A DNA stretch of 54,746 nucleotides from a bacterium (GTDB taxonomy: Bacteria; Hinthialibacterota; Hinthialibacteria; Hinthialibacterales; Hinthialibacteraceae): assembly GCA_041946805.1 (NCBI GenBank), contig JBHGBC010000019.1, positions 1 through 54,746 of the forward strand, written 5' to 3'. Within the stretch, counting starts at the first letter, position 1. Each line of letters begins with the position of its first letter. Below, piece after piece: positions 49,693 to 54,746 of the stretch. The notes under the pieces were generated by a model, which searched no databases, had not been told where the DNA came from, and saw nothing but the letters and a program-made list of their open reading frames with translations. The translations under genes and the position numbers were made by a program.

Positions 49693-52311
49693 TCACTCTC
49701 CCGCGCCCGTCCGCTCGACGATCGACAACAGGCTTTGCTGTGCCTGCCAAAAATGGGGATACTCCTCGAGCAAGAGGATATTCTCTCTCTTGGCCTGTTC
49801 CCAGCGGCCTTGTTTCCCCAACAGATCGATCCGCGTCAATCGGTAATCGGTCCGGTGGGGCGCGTCGATCCGCGTCAATTGATTGGCTACAATTAACGCC
49901 CGTTCCAGGTCTCCGGTGCGGATATAACCCTCCAGCAGGATCTTGCGGATTTCAACGTCCCACGGATCGATCCCCAGCGCCTCCCGCGCCACCTCAACAG
50001 CCGCGTCCCATTCTTCCGCCTGGCGGTGCAGGGCGAGCAACTTCTTGCAGGCGGAGAGATCGGTGGCGTTGCGGCCGATTGCCCGCCGCAGGGCGTTTTT
50101 CAATTGGTCCGTTTTATCTTGTTCCTCATACAGATTGATCAGCCGTTGCAGAGGCGCGTTTTCCCCCGTGTATTCAGGGAACAGTGAGTCGGCTTCGAGG
50201 TAGCAGCGTTCCGCGTCGTCAAAACGCCGCTCCCGCCAGGCTTGTTCCGCGTGACGGAGCGCGTCGGTGAACGGGGAGGGTTGTTCCAACCAGTCCGTCA
50301 CCGGCATCGCCCGGGGACGCCGATCCGGTTCCTCCCCTTCGGTCTCCGGCGGATGAATATCGGGCAGGTTGTCGAGGGGAGCCAGCCGCTGATTCAGGTG
50401 TTTCTGGAATCCCTCGTTGACGGCTTCCTCCGAAGCCCCCGCCGCTTCCACCAGCGCCTTTTCCGCCCGGCTGCCCGCGGCGATGCGGTCCAGGGCCTGC
50501 CGCACGGCGTCGAAACCAAACGTCTTCGCGTAGAACGAGACGAACTCGGCCGCGAAGAAGTAGCCGAGCATCACGTGCAGCGAAGTCTTGGGCTGAATGA
50601 AATACCGCTCCAGGTCCGCCAGGCCGGGCAACGGTTCGGAGCGGATGATCGGTTTGTATTGGATGTCGAGTTTCTGGCCCCAGGCCGGGGAGCGCTGCGT
50701 CTCCTCGTACACCGAGAATCCCTCCGACAGCCAGCGCGGCAGGCGGTGGCCGGTCTTTTGCAACGTCACCACGTGAGCGAACTCGTGCCACAGCACGGAC
50801 CGCCAATTCATCGTGCCCTTGGGCCGGGCGGAAGGCGAATCCATGGTGATCAGCCGGCCGAAACAAATGCCCATGAAGCCGATGCTGCCGGGGAGTCCCA
50901 CCGAACGCACCATGAAATCGTCATGATCGTCGAAGATCTGCACGTGCACCGGCGCTTCGATGGTCATCCGGTATTTCGCCTGGTTGGCTTCGTAGGCTTC
51001 CCGCAGCAGGGCCAGCGCGTCATCGGCCAGGATGGGAACCTCGGCCTTGGGCAGCTGCAATACGAACGGCCCTTGTTCCACGCTTTCGAAGCGCCGCAAC
51101 GAATCAAGCAGGTTCAACAGGTTGAAGAGTTGCGCGTCATAAGGCCGGGCCGCGAAGGCCAGGTCCAGCTGCTTCCGGCCCTCCTCCTCCCGCCCGAGGC
51201 GCAGCAGGTCGCGCGCGTAGTTGGCCCGCGCCTCGTGATCGTCCGGATTCACGCTCAGCGCCTTCTCTCCGAGCTCGGCCGCCTCCCGGAACCGGTAATG
51301 CCGCGAAGCGATCCGCGCCGGCGTGCTGTAGACTTCCGAACCGTACGGATTGAAGCGCAACGCCTCTTCCTGCGTACGGCGCATGGACTCCAGATCGTCC
51401 TTCAGAAAATAAGCGGACGCCTCGAGCGCGCGGAGACGAAGATGGACCGGATTGATCTCCCGCGCCTTCCGGATGATTTCCAACGCCGGTTCCGCCTCAC
51501 CCAGGTCGAGCCGCGATTCCACCTCCAGGGCGGCCGCCTGGAGATGGTTGGGATTGATTCGCCGCAGGCGTTGCAGTGTTTCCTCGAGACGGGCATCGCC
51601 CGATTTCCAATAGCATTCCGCCAGCCCCGCGAGCGCCTCCTCGTTGTTTTCCTCCAGCCGCAGCGCGCTGGTGTAATATTGGGCGGCCAGGTCGAAAGCG
51701 TTGTTGCGCTGGGCCAGGTCTCCCGCGCCGGTAAAACCGGCGGCGAAGTCCGGCAGTTGCTCCATCAAACTTTTGTAGAGTGACGAAAGCAGCCGCTTGG
51801 GGCTTTCTCCCTGCAGTTCGGCGAGTTGGCCATACGCCAGAAGGTTTTGTTCCTGCGAATAAAACCGTCCCCGCGGGATGCGTTGTCCGGCGGCGGCTTG
51901 CAATAAGGCTTTATAATCATCCAGCCGGCCGCGGACCTGGTACAGCCGGGCCAAACGCAGTAAAAACATCGGTTCGGCGCTGACCGGGACGATCGTCTCC
52001 AGGTCGGCGATGGCCTCGTCCACCATGCCCAGTTCAAACCGGAGCCCCGCGCGGTCCGACAACCAGACGAGGTACCGGTACGCCAGCGAATCGGCCAACT
52101 CGGGACGGGTGGCCATTTCGTTTTCCAACGCCTCGAGCGCCGCGCGGTATTCGCCCTGCACCCACAGATCCCGGTATTCCTCGGCGTGGTTGATGGGAAT
52201 CCAGTCCGATCGCGGAGCGGCGAGATTGCCGGTCAGGATGAACAACACGGTGAGAACCGCGGCTGGACCGGGCCGGTGGAAGAAATAGGGATAAAATTGC
52301 CGAAAGGCCAT
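49693..52311 (-). CDS. exported TPR-repeat protein with gluzincin (peptidase MA-like) domain
   Basis: Signal-like N-terminus; multiple TPR helices; HEFAH followed by PRWLSEG (third Zn ligand). Confidence 0.87.
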   Translation of the reverse strand: MAFRQFYPYFFHRPGPAAVLTVLFILTGNLAAPRSDWIPINHAEEYRDLWVQGEYRAALEALENEMATRPELADSLAYRYLVWLSDRAGLRFELGMVDEAIADLETIVPVSAEPMFLLRLARLYQVRGRLDDYKALLQAAAGQRIPRGRFYSQEQNLLAYGQLAELQGESPKRLLSSLYKSLMEQLPDFAAGFTGAGDLAQRNNAFDLAAQYYTSALRLEENNEEALAGLAECYWKSGDARLEETLQRLRRINPNHLQAAALEVESRLDLGEAEPALEIIRKAREINPVHLRLRALEASAYFLKDDLESMRRTQEEALRFNPYGSEVYSTPARIASRHYRFREAAELGEKALSVNPDDHEARANYARDLLRLGREEEGRKQLDLAFAARPYDAQLFNLLNLLDSLRRFESVEQGPFVLQLPKAEVPILADDALALLREAYEANQAKYRMTIEAPVHVQIFDDHDDFMVRSVGLPGSIGFMGICFGRLITMDSPSARPKGTMNWRSVLWHEFAHVVTLQKTGHRLPRWLSEGFSVYEETQRSPAWGQKLDIQYKPIIRSEPLPGLADLERYFIQPKTSLHVMLGYFFAAEFVSFYAKTFGFDAVRQALDRIAAGSRAEKALVEAAGASEEAVNEGFQKHLNQRLAPLDNLPDIHPPETEGEEPDRRPRAMPVTDWLEQPSPFTDALRHAEQAWRERRFDDAERCYLEADSLFPEYTGENAPLQRLINLYEEQDKTDQLKNALRRAIGRNATDLSACKKLLALHRQAEEWDAAVEVAREALGIDPWDVEIRKILLEGYIRTGDLERALIVANQLTRIDAPHRTDYRLTRIDLLGKQGRWEQAKRENILLLEEYPHFWQAQQSLLSIVERTGAGE

Positions 52312-52383
52312 TACTTTGATCCGACCTGTTTCGTGCGATATCTTGACGCGCAGACGTTCCCGAATACTGGACGGCTTGGTTCA

Positions 52384-52413
52384 ATTATAGTGACAAGTGG
52401 CGCGATTCGTCTA
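52384..52413 (-). promoter_or_regulatory. putative sigma70 promoter of the MoxR operon
   Basis: Minus strand TAGACG-N18-TATAAT, about 70 nt upstream of the 52311 start. Confidence 0.4.
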
Positions 52414-52454
52414 ATCGATTGGATTTTCGTTCTTCCCGAAGCTCGTATGGGAGA

Positions 52455-54143
52455 ATGGCTGATTCCATGAATCAATTGGCCGATGGGCAAGCTTCCATAT
52501 CTCGTTCTCCAGGCCGGACAATCCGAAACCGGGTGTTGTCCATCGCCACAGGCGCCGTGATGACGGTGATATTGTCCGGCCTGGCCTGGCGCTCGATCCA
52601 TTTTTTCTCCTATCACCGGCCCTTCACCGATTCCGGCGTGTTCGCCGCGGTTTCGCAGCATCTCCGGGCCGGAAAACTCCTCTACCGTGAAGCCTGGGAC
52701 CACAAACCGCCGATGATCTATGTCATCAACGCGCTGCCCCTGGCGCGGGGCGACGGCTCCATCAACTCCATCCGCTCGGCCGAACGGTTCTATGCCGTGG
52801 CGGGGCTGCTGGCGATGTTCTTCAGCCTGTGGCTGGCGTTTCAAAACCGCTGGCTGGCCTTCGTCATGGCCGTGGGCTTCCATTTGCATTTTTATGATCC
52901 CGAAATCTTCCAGGGCGGCAACCTGACCGAGGAATACGGGGCCGTGTTTGTGGTGACCGGCATATTCCTGGCCCTCGCCGCCCGGCTCGGATTCTGTTCA
53001 CCGCCTTTGAGCGAGGAAGACCGCTTAGAGGTTGAATCATTTTCCAAACCGCTATCCCTCGGCATCCTTCGGTTTATCTCACGGGATGGGTTGCTGCGTT
53101 TCCTTTCCGGCTTTTTCTTCTCGCTCGCCGCCTTCACCAAGGAACCGTTTGTCTTGAGCGCCCTCCCGTGGGCGGTGTTCCTGGCCCGGCCTGATGGGCG
53201 TCCTTGGAAATCCTCCCTTCCACGGGTCCTTGTTTTCATCCTGGGAGCAATGGTCCCCGCCGCGTGGTTTTTTGCCTATTTCGTCTGGAACGGCATCTTG
53301 CGGGACTGGCTGGATGTGATGTCCTACAACGTTCAGTATTCCCTCCATTCCCGGCCCGGCATTCCCTTGCTGGAACGGGTGAACAACCACTTCGGCGTGA
53401 TCGCGAAATACATCATGGGACAAAGCCTGACATTTAATCTGGCATTCCTCATTGGCCTGTTCGGAACTGCGTTCGGACCGTTTGTCAGGAAATATCATTT
53501 CCTCCCCTGGGTATGTGCCGCGGCCTTCTTCCTGGATTTTTCAGCTACCATGATCAGCGGCTACGAAATCGGCCACTATTACCTGCAAGTGGTTCCCTCC
53601 TACATCCTGGTCACAGGCGTGGGGGGTGCGTTGCTGTTGGACCTGGCGCGGCGGTACCGGTTGCCGGCGCGCGGGGCGTTGGCCGTGTTTTTATTGGTCT
53701 TTGTGGGCTTGGATTTTGTTCCCATCCGGAGTTATTTCCAGCGGTTAAGCCTGCCGAACGGCCGGGCGGGGATCGGCGCGCTTTCGCAGACACTCCGCGA
53801 AAAAGCCCGCCCCGGCGATACGCTCTGGTGCGGCCTGGGCGACAACTCCAAATATTACTTGGAAAGCGGGCTGCTCTCCCCCACCCGGTATCTTTACCTC
53901 TTCGAACATCATTTCCTCGGCTCCTGGCTGAGCACCGGCCAGGAAAAGCGGGAGATTCTTTATCGTGAACTGACCAATAACCCGCCCGCGTTCATTCTCC
54001 TCTCGGAACGGCAAGCCGATCGCTTGCGCCAGATGGGATTGAACCGCCTGGTGGATTGGATCGCTATCAACTATCAAAAATCCTGGGAGGCAGTGGAGCA
54101 GGAGGTGTTTATCTATATCCGAAAAGACAATCCGGCCCCCTAG
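52455..54143 (+). CDS. GT-C (ArnT/PMT, GT39-like) polytopic membrane glycosyltransferase
   Basis: DSGVF...LYREAWDHKPP; NLTEEY; AFTKEP; HYYLQ; many TM segments. Start ATG 52455 or 52467. Confidence 0.8.
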   Translation: MADSMNQLADGQASISRSPGRTIRNRVLSIATGAVMTVILSGLAWRSIHFFSYHRPFTDSGVFAAVSQHLRAGKLLYREAWDHKPPMIYVINALPLARGDGSINSIRSAERFYAVAGLLAMFFSLWLAFQNRWLAFVMAVGFHLHFYDPEIFQGGNLTEEYGAVFVVTGIFLALAARLGFCSPPLSEEDRLEVESFSKPLSLGILRFISRDGLLRFLSGFFFSLAAFTKEPFVLSALPWAVFLARPDGRPWKSSLPRVLVFILGAMVPAAWFFAYFVWNGILRDWLDVMSYNVQYSLHSRPGIPLLERVNNHFGVIAKYIMGQSLTFNLAFLIGLFGTAFGPFVRKYHFLPWVCAAAFFLDFSATMISGYEIGHYYLQVVPSYILVTGVGGALLLDLARRYRLPARGALAVFLLVFVGLDFVPIRSYFQRLSLPNGRAGIGALSQTLREKARPGDTLWCGLGDNSKYYLESGLLSPTRYLYLFEHHFLGSWLSTGQEKREILYRELTNNPPAFILLSERQADRLRQMGLNRLVDWIAINYQKSWEAVEQEVFIYIRKDNPAP

Positions 54144-54175
54144 CCACCTCGGTGTCGGATGTTGATGCATGCGAA

Positions 54176-54453
54176 GGATGGATTAACGCGCATCGCGCAA
54201 TCCTTCTATCCTCCCGCCAGTAGCTCCTGTTTTCGGCTCATCCGGCAAGTGCGTGCTTTTTTCAGACCGCCGGTTCGCATCTCTTCGAAAGGATCGATGA
54301 AAACCACACCCAAAATGCCCTCTCCTTCTGGGGAAGGTTCATGGCGAGAGCGGCCCTGCTAGGGCGAAATAAATCCTTCCCTTTCTGACGCTCCGGCAAA
54401 AAGTGAAAATGCAACTGATATGTTCTATACGGTGGTGCAGGCATCCTGCCTGC
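54176..54453. repeat. REP/MITE-like cluster
   Basis: Family C-like at 54176; TCATCCGGCAAGTGCGTGCTTT at 54238; partial family A at 54318; TGCAGGCATCCTGCCTGCA at about 54435. Confidence 0.65.
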
Positions 54454-54686
54454 AACCATGAGGAGACTTTTTTACCGTTCCGTCTTTCTCTGCAATCGGG
54501 TAAATCGATACTCTCCCCCTGATGCTTCTCAACTTGACTCATAAGCCCTATCAAGATGCCATCCCCCCGCCTCCTCTTTCCCTTCCCTCTGCTATATTCA
54601 TTTATTTTCATCAATTCATGGATTTTTCTGTTAGCTCTTTTCCGATTTTCAGCGTTTAAATAGATGAGGGAGGAACCCGTGGGGGG

Positions 54687-54746
54687 ATGGCGATGGATGA
54701 CGAGCAACTGGCCGGGCTTGCCAGCCAGGATGACCGGGACGCGCTC
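54687..54746 (+). CDS. probable ECF sigma-70 factor, N-terminus (truncated by window edge)
   Basis: GGAGG upstream; MAMDDEQLAGLASQDDRDAL resembles the ECF sigma N-terminal DEQL..GDRDAF pattern; only 20 codons are visible. Confidence 0.5.
   Translation, partial: MAMDDEQLAGLASQDDRDAL

Overview
GC-rich bacterial chromosomal window. The gene style (Tat-exported Gfo/Idh/MocA enzymes, a TLIELLIVVAII pilin, a MoxR/vWA operon) suggests a PVC-like or candidate-phylum organism; this is an inference only. In order: B12-dependent methionine synthase metH; a Tat oxidoreductase and a secreted protein; a minus-strand flagellar filament locus with three ~850-aa giant flagellins, an intervening degenerate methyltransferase, flaG, an enlarged fliD and fliS; a TerC protein; a decayed duplicate of the metH 3' end; an MBL hydrolase, tRNA-Leu(TAG), RidA and a Lon-N protein; a glycan export/capping cluster (wzt, double methyltransferase-coiled coil, GT4); a second Tat oxidoreductase; a pilin; an 8-gene TPR-peptidase/DUF4159/MoxR/DUF58/BatA/vWA/caspase-fold operon; a GT-C membrane protein; and the start of a probable ECF sigma factor. 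Intergenic DNA holds several REP-like palindrome families. Most notable: (1) a rare-codon palindrome conserved at the same offset inside two flagellin genes; (2) sigma28 promoters plus CsrA-type hairpins on the flagellins; (3) the metH 3' direct repeat bracketing the 21-kb flagellin segment; (4) a shared C-terminal T-x-[VI]-x-[DE]-W-x3 motif on unrelated exported proteins; (5) a MITE-like element that carries REP hairpins. All calls were made by eye; no searches were run.
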